Assembly: GCA_964423575.1 (NCBI GenBank)
Contig: CAYRFF010000008.1
Span: 10,669 to 74,668 of the forward strand
Length of the DNA: 64,000 nucleotides
Source of the DNA: an uncultured Saprospiraceae bacterium
Lineage (GTDB): Bacteria; Bacteroidota; Bacteroidia; Chitinophagales; Saprospiraceae
Reading direction: 5' to 3'
A program made the position numbers and the translations under genes. The stretch's first letter is position 1, and every line of letters starts with the position of its first letter. This document shows positions 9,809 through 19,982 of this stretch, one piece after another. The notes beneath the pieces were generated by a model. That model had not been told where the DNA came from, did not search any database, and saw nothing but the letters and a program-made list of their open reading frames with translations.

Positions 9809-10663
9809 TCATCTGAGTATTTCATTCCAGGCTGCAATAGTTTGGCTTGAATAACTGTGCCCAAACAGTATTACATGGACAAGCAGGTAGTAGAACTGAA
9901 AGAAAGGGATTCGTTTTTCCCAGCCCAACTCTAGTGGCATAAATTCATTGTACTCTGAATAAAACCTGGCATTAAAACCCCCAAAGAGCTTTGACATTGC
10001 AATATCCATTTCTCTATGTCCATAATATGAAGCCGGATCTATGAGCCAAGCCTCGGATTTATCATCGACCAGATAATTTCCGGCCCATAAATCACCATGA
10101 ATCAATACCGGTTCTTCTTGTGGAACCTTTATGTTAATTGAATTTATGAAACGAGATTCTTCTTTTATCATTTCTAATGGGAGATCGTTATTCTCACTAG
10201 CTACTTTTAGCAGTGGAAGAATCCGGTTAAACCAGTAAAATTCGGCCCATGAGGTTCTCCGACTATTATCCAGTTTGATAGTGGCGATATAATTATCCTT
10301 ATCCAATCCGTATTGAGTAGCGCTATGACTATGAAGCCTGAACAGCACATCAGCTAAGTCCGACTTTGCTGAACCAGCGTCCCTTATATAAAACATGATA
10401 AAGCCCGGTAATTGCTCATGGCTGAAAACAATAGGCGTCCTGACACCTATTTCATTGAAATACAATAGTGATTCAACTTCCCTTTGCAACATTTCTCTTT
10501 TCCTTTGGTCGGAGGAGGCTGTATATTTGAAAATGAAGTGATTTTCGGCATTATCAGTAAGGACACAGCGTTCTATCCCGTGGCTTGAACCATGATGTTG
10601 TTTAAACTGTAAATCCTTCCCGCTAAGAGAGTTTAATAAGACAATAGTCTCGTCAATTGTCAT
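9809..10663 (-). CDS. fructosamine/ketosamine kinase family protein
   Basis: 284 aa with the HGDLWAGNYL catalytic-loop motif typical of the fructosamine-3-kinase family. Confidence 0.8.
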   Translation of the reverse strand: MTIDETIVLLNSLSGKDLQFKQHHGSSHGIERCVLTDNAENHFIFKYTASSDQRKREMLQREVESLLYFNEIGVRTPIVFSHEQLPGFIMFYIRDAGSAKSDLADVLFRLHSHSATQYGLDKDNYIATIKLDNSRRTSWAEFYWFNRILPLLKVASENNDLPLEMIKEESRFINSINIKVPQEEPVLIHGDLWAGNYLVDDKSEAWLIDPASYYGHREMDIAMSKLFGGFNARFYSEYNEFMPLELGWEKRIPFFQFYYLLVHVILFGHSYSSQTIAAWNEILR

Positions 10664-10666
10664 TAT

Positions 10667-11410
10667 TTATATCCTATTCTGATTTACGATAACCATCAGA
10701 TCATCCCTATAGCTTTTGCCGACAGGCAAACTGACAGATTTCCCTTTTTCTATAACTTCCACCATATTCCCGCTCACAGCTTCAATTCTACTGATAGCTA
10801 CAATATATGATCTATGGATTCTCAGAAATTTATCTTTGGGAAGAGCTTGATCCAGGAATTTCATGGTCTGTAATGTAACTATTCTATCTTGTTCCCGCTT
10901 GATTATTACATAATCTTTTAAGCCTTCTATATATAGTATCTCATCGTAAGCCACCTTAATCAATTTTTTATCAGCTTTTACATAGATGAAATCATGAGAA
11001 TCTGACCCGGTTTTCTGTTGTGTTTTTCCTGCCGACTCGAGTTCGATTTCTTCAATTGCTCTATTTATTGCTTTTAAAAGTCTGTCAAATGAAATCGGTT
11101 TGAGTAAATAATCTGTCACCGCAAGCTCAAATCCTTCAATTGCATAATCCGGATAGGCCGTTGTGAAAATTATCTTAGGAGGATTTTGTAGCATTTTGGC
11201 ATATTCTATACCACTTAACTGAGGCATTTCTATATCCATAAGGAGGATATCAACTTCATTGGCTCGTAGGATTTCATTTGCTGAAATTGCGTCTTCACAT
11301 GAAGCTACCAGGTTTATTTCAGGGATGCGAGAAAGATGAGCCTCAAGTACTTCACGTGCTAAGGGCTCATCGTCGACGATTACTACGTGAAAAGTGTTTT
11401 TATTGTTCAT
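10667..11410 (-). CDS. LytTR-family DNA-binding response regulator
   Basis: Receiver domain (VVIVDDEP...LLMDIEMP) plus a C-terminal LytTR-like segment (FLRIHRSYIVAISRI). Confidence 0.9.
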   Translation of the reverse strand: MNNKNTFHVVIVDDEPLAREVLEAHLSRIPEINLVASCEDAISANEILRANEVDILLMDIEMPQLSGIEYAKMLQNPPKIIFTTAYPDYAIEGFELAVTDYLLKPISFDRLLKAINRAIEEIELESAGKTQQKTGSDSHDFIYVKADKKLIKVAYDEILYIEGLKDYVIIKREQDRIVTLQTMKFLDQALPKDKFLRIHRSYIVAISRIEAVSGNMVEVIEKGKSVSLPVGKSYRDDLMVIVNQNRI

Positions 11411-11420
11411 TATTATGTGC

Positions 11421-12461
11421 TTAATTTAATTTGATATTCATAGATATACTGTATGAGTCAGATTTTTCTTCTATTTTTAAACTATGTGTTGTTGGATATA
11501 GGAGTTCCAGCCTTCGCTTAATATTCTGTAATCCAATTCCACCGGTTACGACACCATCGTCTCGTAATTGCTTTAAATCTACTTCCGGTTTGCTATTAGT
11601 GACATAGAAATCTAGGCTATCTTCCTTGATGTTAAGCTGAACCTCAATAAAGCCCTCCTCAATATGTCTGTTTACCCCATGTTTAAAAGCATTTTCCAGA
11701 AAAGGAGTAAATAATAATGGAGCGATTTCAATTCCTTCGGGCTGTCCATTCATATCGAAATGAATGTCGACCTTATCATTATACCGCAACCTCTCCAATT
11801 CCAAATAATTTCTGATATAATCTACCTCCTTGCTGAGAGGAACACTCTTATCATTACACTCATATAACATATAACGCATAATTTCCGATAATCGGATAAC
11901 GATTTCAGGCGCTCTATCAGATTTCTTGAGTGTAAGGGCGTACAGGCTGTTTAAAGTATTAAAGAGAAAATGAGGATTTATTTGCGAGCGAAGGAATCTC
12001 AACTCCGACTGCATGTTTTCATTCTCCATAATACGCATATCCTTTTCTTGTTGAAACCAGTCATAGACCATCTTCAATAAAGTGGAAATCCCCAGAATTG
12101 CTAACATCGCAAAGAAAATGGCCCAATGTGATTTTATTATTTCTTGTTGAATACTGAGCTTGCCATTGTAAATATAATAGGTTAGGAGAGTCCTGATAGG
12201 ACTTAAGGTCAGGGTGAAGGCAATTGCTGTTACTATGTAAAATACTAACTTATTATGCGATAAGTATCTGGGAATAAGGTAATATAAATTGAAATAGACT
12301 ATAGCAAACAGGCTAGTAAGAGTTACCAATGCACTTAAAATAGAGGGTAGAACCTGTGTAGATTCATAGTAAAACCCAATCAGAAGGATTAATGCCAGAA
12401 TCCAAAATAGTATATGAAGTATTATTTGATTGGTAAAAACCTTCTGCAGTTTTCCCCTCAT
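11421..12461 (-). CDS. LytS/YehU-type sensor histidine kinase
   Basis: Multiple N-terminal TM helices, the His_kinase motif NPHFLFNTLNS, and an ATPase region (FLENAFKHG, GGIGLQN). Confidence 0.9.
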   Translation of the reverse strand: MRGKLQKVFTNQIILHILFWILALILLIGFYYESTQVLPSILSALVTLTSLFAIVYFNLYYLIPRYLSHNKLVFYIVTAIAFTLTLSPIRTLLTYYIYNGKLSIQQEIIKSHWAIFFAMLAILGISTLLKMVYDWFQQEKDMRIMENENMQSELRFLRSQINPHFLFNTLNSLYALTLKKSDRAPEIVIRLSEIMRYMLYECNDKSVPLSKEVDYIRNYLELERLRYNDKVDIHFDMNGQPEGIEIAPLLFTPFLENAFKHGVNRHIEEGFIEVQLNIKEDSLDFYVTNSKPEVDLKQLRDDGVVTGGIGLQNIKRRLELLYPTTHSLKIEEKSDSYSISMNIKLN

Positions 12462-12615
12462 GCGTCAATATTTTTCTACTGTGTAATAAGCATTAAATTA
12501 GTTATTCTTTCAAAGCAGGTATGAAAATACTCGATTTAATGCCAAATAACTCAGACCAAAGCAGTGCTTGTCATAAATTAATCCGTGCACAAGTTCGTAT
12601 TTTTACTTGTAAGAC

Positions 12616-12627
12616 ATTTGCGAAAGC
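12616..12627 (+). repeat. iterated 12-mer ATTTGYGNAAGC, N=A
   Basis: Exact match. Intergenic, about 210 nt upstream of folE. Confidence 0.8.
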
Positions 12628-12839
12628 TTAAAAAAATAAAATCTAATCCTAAGAAAGGACGCTATGATTTAGAGATTGGAGCCAAATGACAGCAAGGAAA
12701 ACATTTGACAGATTTCATAATTATAAAAAATTAAGTACATTTACTCTGTATGCTGTTGGAAGAGTTAAACTAATGGCAATCGAAAACCATTCTCTTCTGT
12801 GTTGTGATGGAGAGAATAAATTATATTTAAAAAAGACGT

Positions 12840-13436
12840 ATGAATTATATAAGGAAAGATATTTACAATGAGGAAGTCATAGGAAAGACTCGCGAATTGT
12901 ATGAAGAAATTTTAAAAACAACTAGTGAAGATATAGGTAGAGAGGGCTTGATTAAGACTCCGGAGCGGGCAGCAAAGGCTTTTCATTTTCTGACCCAGGG
13001 ATATGAGCAGGATCCGGAAGCAATATTGAAATCTGCTTTATTTCACGGAGATTACGATGAGATGGTATTGGTCAAGGATATTGAACTTTACAGTTTATGC
13101 GAGCACCACATGTTACCATTTTATGGGAAAGCTCATATAGGATACATTCCTAACGGGAAAATTGTAGGTTTAAGTAAGATTCCGAGAGTTGTAGATGTAT
13201 TTGCGCGTAGGTTGCAGGTACAGGAGAGATTAACCAGAGATATATTGAATTGCATTACAGATACATTGAAGCCACAGGGTGTTGCTATCGTTATCGAAGC
13301 AAAGCACATGTGCATGATGATGCGCGGTATTGAGAAACAGAATTCTCTTACCACTACTTCCGCATTTACTGGAAACTTTAAAAATGTGGAAACCAGAAAT
13401 GAATTTCTTAAATTAACTGTCAGTAATTTACATTGA
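12840..13436 (+). CDS. folE: GTP cyclohydrolase I
   Basis: [34 protein letters not shown] and QVQERLT motifs. Confidence 0.92.
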   Translation: MNYIRKDIYNEEVIGKTRELYEEILKTTSEDIGREGLIKTPERAAKAFHFLTQGYEQDPEAILKSALFHGDYDEMVLVKDIELYSLCEHHMLPFYGKAHIGYIPNGKIVGLSKIPRVVDVFARRLQVQERLTRDILNCITDTLKPQGVAIVIEAKHMCMMMRGIEKQNSLTTTSAFTGNFKNVETRNEFLKLTVSNLH

Positions 13437-13437
13437 T

Positions 13438-14313
13438 ATGAAAAGTGCTTATGTGTTTCCGGGGCAGGCGTCCCAACATGTCGGAATGGGGAAGGATTTA
13501 TATGATTCCAGTGAAATGGCACGTACATTATTTGAACGGGCTAATGAAATTCTGGGATTTGATATTACCGATGTAATGTTTAACGGTACGGAAGAAGACC
13601 TGAAAAGAACAGATGTCGCGCAGCCGGCCGTTTTTCTGAACTCTATTATCAGGTGGCTTGTTGCAGATGAGGTAGATGATTTGTTTTGTGTAGGAGGACA
13701 TTCTCTGGGTGAATATTCAGCTCTTGTTGCTTGTCATGCAGTTTCTTTTACCGATGCTCTGGAACTGGTCAAACTGCGTGCCGATGAAATGCAGAAAGCT
13801 TGTGAAATAAATCCGGGTACAATGGCTGCTGTCTTAGGATTGGAGAATGAAGTTATCGAGAAAATTACTTCTGAAATATCAGAAGTCGTCATTCCTGCAA
13901 ACTATAATACTCCTGGACAATTAGTAATTTCAGGAACATTTGGAGGAATTGAAGAGGCATGTAAAAGATTGACAGAAGCAGGAGCAAAACGCTGCTTACC
14001 TCTGAAGGTGGGTGGAGCATTCCATTCACCTTTAATGGAACCTGCCAAAGAGCAATTGGCGTATAAAATCCGTGATACGCAATTTCAGGATGCGCTAGTG
14101 CCGATTTATCAGAATGTAACCGGAAAACCAGTTACAAATAGTGAAGAAATCAAGCAGAATCTGATAAGTCAATTATCACAGCCTGTAAGATGGACGCAGA
14201 CTATGGAAAATATGATTGCAGATGGTGTCGAACAGTTTGTAGAGGTAGGAGGGAATGTGATTTTAGGATTTGTAAAACGAATTGACAGGAAATTCCCTAC
14301 TGCAACATTGTAA
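13438..14313 (+). CDS. fabD: malonyl-CoA:ACP transacylase
   Basis: FPGQASQ and the GHSLGEYSAL active-site motif. 291 aa. Confidence 0.92.
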   Translation: MKSAYVFPGQASQHVGMGKDLYDSSEMARTLFERANEILGFDITDVMFNGTEEDLKRTDVAQPAVFLNSIIRWLVADEVDDLFCVGGHSLGEYSALVACHAVSFTDALELVKLRADEMQKACEINPGTMAAVLGLENEVIEKITSEISEVVIPANYNTPGQLVISGTFGGIEEACKRLTEAGAKRCLPLKVGGAFHSPLMEPAKEQLAYKIRDTQFQDALVPIYQNVTGKPVTNSEEIKQNLISQLSQPVRWTQTMENMIADGVEQFVEVGGNVILGFVKRIDRKFPTATL

Positions 14314-14323
14314 AATATAAATT

Positions 14324-14884
14324 ATGGGATATTATGAGATAGAAGGCGGCAAGTTGTTATTGGCAGAGCCTTTTATGTATGAAAAAAGTTTTAAACGCGG
14401 TGTCATCATGATATGTGAACATGTCCATGAAGAAGGCACATTGGGTTTTATACTTAATAAGCCATTGGATGTCCATGTCGATGAGCTGATATCAGATTTT
14501 CCTAAAATGGATGCACCGGTTTTCTATGGAGGACCGGTTGCAACCAATTCATTACATTTTCTTCATAATGTCGGAAACCTTATTGACGGTAGTCAGGAAA
14601 TTGCTCAGGGCGTATACTGGGGAGGAGATTATGAAAAATTAAAATTCTTGATAAACGCTGATCTTGTGAAATCTGAAAATATCCGCTTCTTTGTAGGGTA
14701 TTCGGGATGGTCAGCAGGCCAGTTAAAAGAGGAAATGTTAATGGGTTCCTGGATTGCAGCGGATGGCCACGCTAATTATCTTTTTAAATCCAAGCCATCA
14801 CAATTATGGCAACAGGTGATGTTTAACAAAGGGAACCACTATACGGTACTAGCGGGTATGCCGGATCCTGTAAACTGGAATTAA
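14324..14884 (+). CDS. YqgE/AlgH family protein
   Basis: 186 aa with family-typical LLAEPFM...F.R.VI.ICEH and GYSGWSAGQLE-like segments. Confidence 0.8.
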   Translation: MGYYEIEGGKLLLAEPFMYEKSFKRGVIMICEHVHEEGTLGFILNKPLDVHVDELISDFPKMDAPVFYGGPVATNSLHFLHNVGNLIDGSQEIAQGVYWGGDYEKLKFLINADLVKSENIRFFVGYSGWSAGQLKEEMLMGSWIAADGHANYLFKSKPSQLWQQVMFNKGNHYTVLAGMPDPVNWN

Positions 14885-14905
14885 GAGATATCCGGAAATA
14901 AATAG

Positions 14906-16960
14906 TTAAAACCTAAGCCGCATTTGCGCTTTTACTTCGTGGATTTTATTTCCTTCAACCTTATTATAAGAGGAACTGATTTCATCGTCGAGAGGTCTGT
15001 ATGTTATTGCATATCTTCCTTCCAAGGTGAGATTGCGGGCAACTCGCCATCGCGCATTAAAATACCCTCTGATTCCCGTTGAGTAATATGCCGGAATACT
15101 GAATGCATAGAGAATATTGCTTTCGTAAGCATAAATTCTGCTATCATAATTATCCGTCTGATAATATGCTAGTCTGGTAGTAAAACTCAGTGGGGTACCC
15201 AAAGGCTTGAAATTAATATCGTGATACAACAAGTAACCTTTACTTATAATCTCTCCATCACGTAAGAATTGAGATAGTTCAACACGCATTCTCCATTCGA
15301 CTGATTTGGAAAGAGGATAGGCCATGTGCATTCGCATATTACGTCTGGTCTCCGGTTGCACCAGATAACGGTTGTCTTCCTGTATGGTATTTACATTGCG
15401 CGTTTTATTCTTTATTTGGAAATGCACATCAAACTTTCTTCTGTCGTAATATCTAAGTCTAAAGAATTGCTCATTACCCTCTGATGGTCCATCTACTTGA
15501 TACCTAAGCCAGGGATGAGACCAAAGATCTTGATAAATGGACATCGTCCATCGGGGAGAAATGCGATAAATCAACGACATATAAACTCCCTGTTCATTTT
15601 GACCGCGGCTATTCTCAGCAAATGCATTGGGAAATAAACTCTGGTAATCCTTAGTCAGATATCGTGCTGACAGCCCAAAGTCAAGATTAGGGTGTAGGGA
15701 TGCTAATGCTCCTATAATATGAGCATGTCCACCGTTATCGCTGACGGCGGATTCTCCAAATATCAGAAACTTGCCGGTATGATATTGATAATCAACACTG
15801 GCATTTAACAGGTTCTTCCCTGAAAATCTGTATAAATTGTCGGGTGTTGCCTTAGTTCCCAGGCTGTCGCCGAGTTGGTCATACCAGCCATTGATACTGA
15901 CCTCATATCTGCGTCCTTTGTATGTAAGTGCTCCCCCTGTACTTACCTGAGTAACAGAGTTTTTGTTAAATATTTCCGATTGGGTTCTGTGAAGTCCGGA
16001 AGTTTGTAATGATGATATGTATCTTTCTTCCTCTGTTTCCAGAGTATCGCTTGGCATTACCTGGCTCGCATCTCTTTTATTATATGATGTAGAAACCATA
16101 AGAGACAATTTATTGCTCAACTGTAATTCTGTAGCAACACCACGTAAGAAATTATTTTCGTCAACACTACTATAAGGAATTAGCTTTTTTCCACGTTTAT
16201 TGATATCCATAACAAAGGCAGACTTTCCACCGCCAAATCCTGCATGACGTATCAGACCTTGCCCTAGATTGACATTGAAATCACCCAGAGCTATAGTTTT
16301 CACAAATTTCTCTTTCCGATGTATCCATAAATGAGCAGAGTAAAAATCAAATCCATGAGGATTGGAGCCACGGAAGAAAGCTTCTCCAGGGTCTTTCTCC
16401 ATAGTAACACCGGCAGAAAAACCTGTTCCGGCTCTCCAGCTCAATCGCGTGTATAATTTGTCGGGAGAACCTTCAAAAGCAGGATTTTCTCCTTTATAAC
16501 CGGATTTTAATGGGAAATCTCTCTCGTATCTAGTAAATAGGGTTCTGGTTCCCGGTTTTAATATTTCCTCCCATAAATTGCTTTTTCCGCTTCCGGCCGT
16601 TACTCTAATGAATGGAAGTATTCTTCTGATACTTTCCAGATCCATTCCCGGTACCGCCTGTAATTCTTCTAAACGAATAAAATCACCGAGTAAATCTCTG
16701 TAGACGATAATATTATTTATCTGTAGATCATTTAATAAGTGGAGTTGAGCCAGTTCACTATATGTAACCTTATTCAGATTAAGTGGATTATTGTTGAAGT
16801 AAAGCAAATTGTCATATAAAGTCTCCAGTGCTCCCAAATCGATTTCTTCGGCATTGGTCTCTATATATTCCACTACGACATCGGGTAGTTCTGAACGCTG
16901 TGCCTGTAGAACTACGATTGATAACAGTGATGAAAAAAGTATGGTAATGATATGCTTCAC
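14906..16960 (-). CDS. helix-hairpin-helix (ComEA-like) domain protein fused to a predicted outer-membrane beta-barrel
   Basis: Signal peptide, then two HhH-like segments (LNLNKVTYSELAQLHLLNDLQINNIIVYRD, LEELQAVPGMDLESIRRILPFI). A long beta-strand-rich region ends in an aromatic C-terminus (QMRLRF). Confidence 0.7.
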   Translation of the reverse strand: MKHIITILFSSLLSIVVLQAQRSELPDVVVEYIETNAEEIDLGALETLYDNLLYFNNNPLNLNKVTYSELAQLHLLNDLQINNIIVYRDLLGDFIRLEELQAVPGMDLESIRRILPFIRVTAGSGKSNLWEEILKPGTRTLFTRYERDFPLKSGYKGENPAFEGSPDKLYTRLSWRAGTGFSAGVTMEKDPGEAFFRGSNPHGFDFYSAHLWIHRKEKFVKTIALGDFNVNLGQGLIRHAGFGGGKSAFVMDINKRGKKLIPYSSVDENNFLRGVATELQLSNKLSLMVSTSYNKRDASQVMPSDTLETEEERYISSLQTSGLHRTQSEIFNKNSVTQVSTGGALTYKGRRYEVSINGWYDQLGDSLGTKATPDNLYRFSGKNLLNASVDYQYHTGKFLIFGESAVSDNGGHAHIIGALASLHPNLDFGLSARYLTKDYQSLFPNAFAENSRGQNEQGVYMSLIYRISPRWTMSIYQDLWSHPWLRYQVDGPSEGNEQFFRLRYYDRRKFDVHFQIKNKTRNVNTIQEDNRYLVQPETRRNMRMHMAYPLSKSVEWRMRVELSQFLRDGEIISKGYLLYHDINFKPLGTPLSFTTRLAYYQTDNYDSRIYAYESNILYAFSIPAYYSTGIRGYFNARWRVARNLTLEGRYAITYRPLDDEISSSYNKVEGNKIHEVKAQMRLRF

Positions 16961-17090
16961 GTGTTAAAAATACAAAAAGCAATATCTTTCTCTAATCTTT
17001 TCCTGAAATATTAAAAACTAGTCTAATTCTGCTATGAGAAAGAGAGTTTGATGCTTTCCTAAAAACATAGTCTGAACATGTATTAAATGC

Positions 17091-17098
17091 TATATTTG
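17091..17098 (+). promoter_or_regulatory. Bacteroidota -7 box TATATTTG
   Basis: Matches TAnnTTTG, 22 nt upstream of ATG 17121. Confidence 0.5.
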
Positions 17099-17120
17099 TT
17101 TTCGTTATTAAATAATCAGC

Positions 17121-19646
17121 ATGAAATTGCCAAACATTAATTTGAAGTATTTTAGTATGCTCCCAGATAAATTAAAACAACTTGGTCTTATTGCATTTTT
17201 TATTTGCGCAAGCTTAACAATACACGCCCAATTGCATGGAGTCGTCACTGAGAACGATGGAAAGGCGTTGGCCTATGCATCTATTTATGTGCAGGGAACG
17301 ACGATAGGAACAACTAGTAATGAACAAGGAGAATACTTCCTCAATCTTGAGGATGGCAATTATGTCATAGTATGTGAATACTTAGGATACGGGGCTGTAG
17401 AAAAACAGATTTCCATAAAAAGCAATGAAAGATCTGTTCTCAATTTTCATCTTACATCATCTGCGATTCACTTGGAGATGTTAAACATCTCAGCGGATAG
17501 GGAAGATCCTGCTTACGCTGTAATCAGGCAAGCTCAAGCTCATAGAAAAGACAATCTCAAGGTTGACCTGCCGCAGAGTTGCGAAATGTATATGAAAGGA
17601 AATATTGCACTAGGCGAGTCACCCGATAAGTTTATGGGTGTAAGCATGGACGAATTGCGAGCTTCAATTGATTCCATGGGGACTAATATTATGTACTTAT
17701 CTGAGACGGTTTCTACTTTATATAGAGCAGAAACCGGCCTTCAGGAAGTTATACATTCCAGTCGAGTAAGCGGTAGTTCTATGTATTCTTTTAATCGGGG
17801 TGCTATGGTTGAATACTCCGTTTATGAACGTAGCTTGAATTCTCCTCTTGGCAGTCTTATTAACCCTATCGGTCCTTCAGCTTTCACTTATTATGAGTTT
17901 AGACTTTTGTCAAAAGACATAACGAACAAGGGAACAGTCAACACTATTTCCGTTAAAAGTAAGAATACATCCGAGCCTACTATTGACGGAATAATCTATA
18001 TATCCGAAGAAGCATGGCAAGTTGACGCATTTGATTTTACAACTACAGGTAAACGCCTCAAGCAAGAGATTCTCGATACTGTGCGCTTACAACAAGAATA
18101 TATAAAGGCGGGGGACAGGAAAGTGCTATTTAAGAATCGAATGGATATGCAGATAGGTTTACTTGGTTTTACTGTTGATGGAGTGTTTTTATCCGTGTAT
18201 ACTGATTATGAGTTTGGAGAAGCAGCAGTTTCCGGTATTAGTAAAAGACAAGCAGTAACATTTCAGGATTCGTCAGAGACGCGGAATACGGAATACTGGG
18301 ATGGTGTCAGACCTGTGAAGCTCAGTGAACTGGAATCCAAAGATTATCATGTTAAAGATTCTATCTCGATAGTTATCAACTCACCGGAGTACAGAGATTC
18401 TATCGAAAGGATTTCCAATAAATATAATTTAATGAATCTTCTCACGGGCTATACATTCAGAAAGTCGGCCTATGGATTCCGTGCCAGTCATGATGGACTG
18501 GGAGTGGGTTTAAGCTTTGATCCTGTAAGGGGTTTTGCACTTCCGTTTGACCTGAGTTTTACTTTCAAAAATAGATTTACTATCAACGGCGGAATAAGTT
18601 ATGGTTTCTCAGATGAGCTTATCAGATATAATGCAGGAGTTTCCTATAAAATCAATCCCAATAGAAATCAAAGTATAAGTTTTGCTACCGGAACAAAGAT
18701 TGCCGATGTAAACTCTATTGAACCATTTACGCGAGGAATAAATGAATTTATGAGTTTATTATTTCATCAAAATCTTATAAAATATCATGGACAGGAATAT
18801 TATAGGTTGGATTATCAACAGCGGATTATACCTGGACTTAATCTGAAAGCACATAGTGAATATGTAATCAGGAATCATCTGCAGAACACTACTGAATATA
18901 GTTTCTTATATAAGAAAAGATTATACAAAGACAACATGATAGATATGGGTGAAAACCTTAATCATGGAGGGCTGGATAACAGATTGTTTAAAGTGACATT
19001 TAATGTAGATTACTTTCCCGGCACAAGATTTACAAAATATCCGAGTGGTGAAATCCGCACTTATCAGCCAAAGTACAATAAATTCTCCCTAACTTATGAT
19101 ATGGGAATTCCTGTATTTAATACAAGTGTGGAATACCAGAAATTTAAGCTAGCTTATAGCAGTAGAATAAGAGGTGGGTTTGGCATGGATGGAAGCCTCC
19201 ATGCTTCCGTCGACTTTTTTCTGGGAAGACGCAATCCGGGAATTCAGGATTTTATATGGATGAATGATAACGGAAGTATATATACCAATGCATTTGACAT
19301 AAGTCAACGATTCCTGGGAATGGATACGTATGAGTATTTTACCGATCAATATGCAATGCAATTGCATTACTACCATAATTTTGAAGGAATGATACTGAAT
19401 AAGGTACCGGGCCTCAATAAGCTTGGCTGGAATTTAACTGCTAAATACTCAGCTGTTTATATGCCGGAAATGCCGCTATATATGGAAGTTGGACTTGGTA
19501 TTGATAGAATAGGCTGGAAATTATTCCGACCGTTACGATTTGATGTTGTTCTTCCTTCTAAAGATTTTAAAATTGAGAAATTACGTTATGTTATAGGGAT
19601 GAAAATAGATCTTGGCGCTTTAAGTCGAGGAGAAATATCATTTTAA
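17121..19646 (+). CDS. carboxypeptidase-regulatory-like domain protein (DUF5686-like), probable outer-membrane protein
   Basis: Signal peptide and CarbopepD_reg-like N-terminus (GVVTENDGKALAYASIYVQGTTIGTTSNEQGEYFLNL). 841 aa, beta-rich. Confidence 0.7.
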   Translation: MKLPNINLKYFSMLPDKLKQLGLIAFFICASLTIHAQLHGVVTENDGKALAYASIYVQGTTIGTTSNEQGEYFLNLEDGNYVIVCEYLGYGAVEKQISIKSNERSVLNFHLTSSAIHLEMLNISADREDPAYAVIRQAQAHRKDNLKVDLPQSCEMYMKGNIALGESPDKFMGVSMDELRASIDSMGTNIMYLSETVSTLYRAETGLQEVIHSSRVSGSSMYSFNRGAMVEYSVYERSLNSPLGSLINPIGPSAFTYYEFRLLSKDITNKGTVNTISVKSKNTSEPTIDGIIYISEEAWQVDAFDFTTTGKRLKQEILDTVRLQQEYIKAGDRKVLFKNRMDMQIGLLGFTVDGVFLSVYTDYEFGEAAVSGISKRQAVTFQDSSETRNTEYWDGVRPVKLSELESKDYHVKDSISIVINSPEYRDSIERISNKYNLMNLLTGYTFRKSAYGFRASHDGLGVGLSFDPVRGFALPFDLSFTFKNRFTINGGISYGFSDELIRYNAGVSYKINPNRNQSISFATGTKIADVNSIEPFTRGINEFMSLLFHQNLIKYHGQEYYRLDYQQRIIPGLNLKAHSEYVIRNHLQNTTEYSFLYKKRLYKDNMIDMGENLNHGGLDNRLFKVTFNVDYFPGTRFTKYPSGEIRTYQPKYNKFSLTYDMGIPVFNTSVEYQKFKLAYSSRIRGGFGMDGSLHASVDFFLGRRNPGIQDFIWMNDNGSIYTNAFDISQRFLGMDTYEYFTDQYAMQLHYYHNFEGMILNKVPGLNKLGWNLTAKYSAVYMPEMPLYMEVGLGIDRIGWKLFRPLRFDVVLPSKDFKIEKLRYVIGMKIDLGALSRGEISF
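17202..17213 (+). repeat. iterated 12-mer ATTTGYGNAAGC, N=C
   Basis: Exact match. Inside the signal-peptide codons of 17121..19646, sense. Confidence 0.8.
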
Positions 19647-19930
19647 GATGGATCTGATGGTGCATCGGGATCGTATCTCCAGTCCACAAGGTTCAAATAC
19701 ATCAGTGCGACACCAAAGAAGCACATAAACATATAGATTATTGCCCGAATTGTACCATTCATATAAGATAACCAACGCATAAAGGTGAATTGCAGGCCCA
19801 TTAAATCAAGAACCATAGAGCAAAGCCCCACGGTTACTAAAACAAATCCCAGAGTTACCATAAATGGCTTCATACACTTATAAATTTGATGTTTAAACAG
19901 ATTAAAGATTCCTGTGTTTAATAATTTCAT
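19643..19930 (-). CDS. small membrane protein (start possibly at the internal ATG near 19873)
   Basis: Two or three hydrophobic helices. Its stop codon overlaps the stop of the convergent gene. Confidence 0.45.
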   Translation of the reverse strand: MKLLNTGIFNLFKHQIYKCMKPFMVTLGFVLVTVGLCSMVLDLMGLQFTFMRWLSYMNGTIRAIIYMFMCFFGVALMYLNLVDWRYDPDAPSDPS

Positions 19931-19982
19931 AAATTTATCTTAAATTTAGCTTTCAGACAAGAAAATAGACCCGGAGAATCCG

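Noticed and set aside
12686-12871. 61-aa ORF overlapping the folE start
   Set aside because: It has no similarity to FolE N-termini, overlaps the folE start in another frame and lies in an AT-rich spacer. It is likely spurious.
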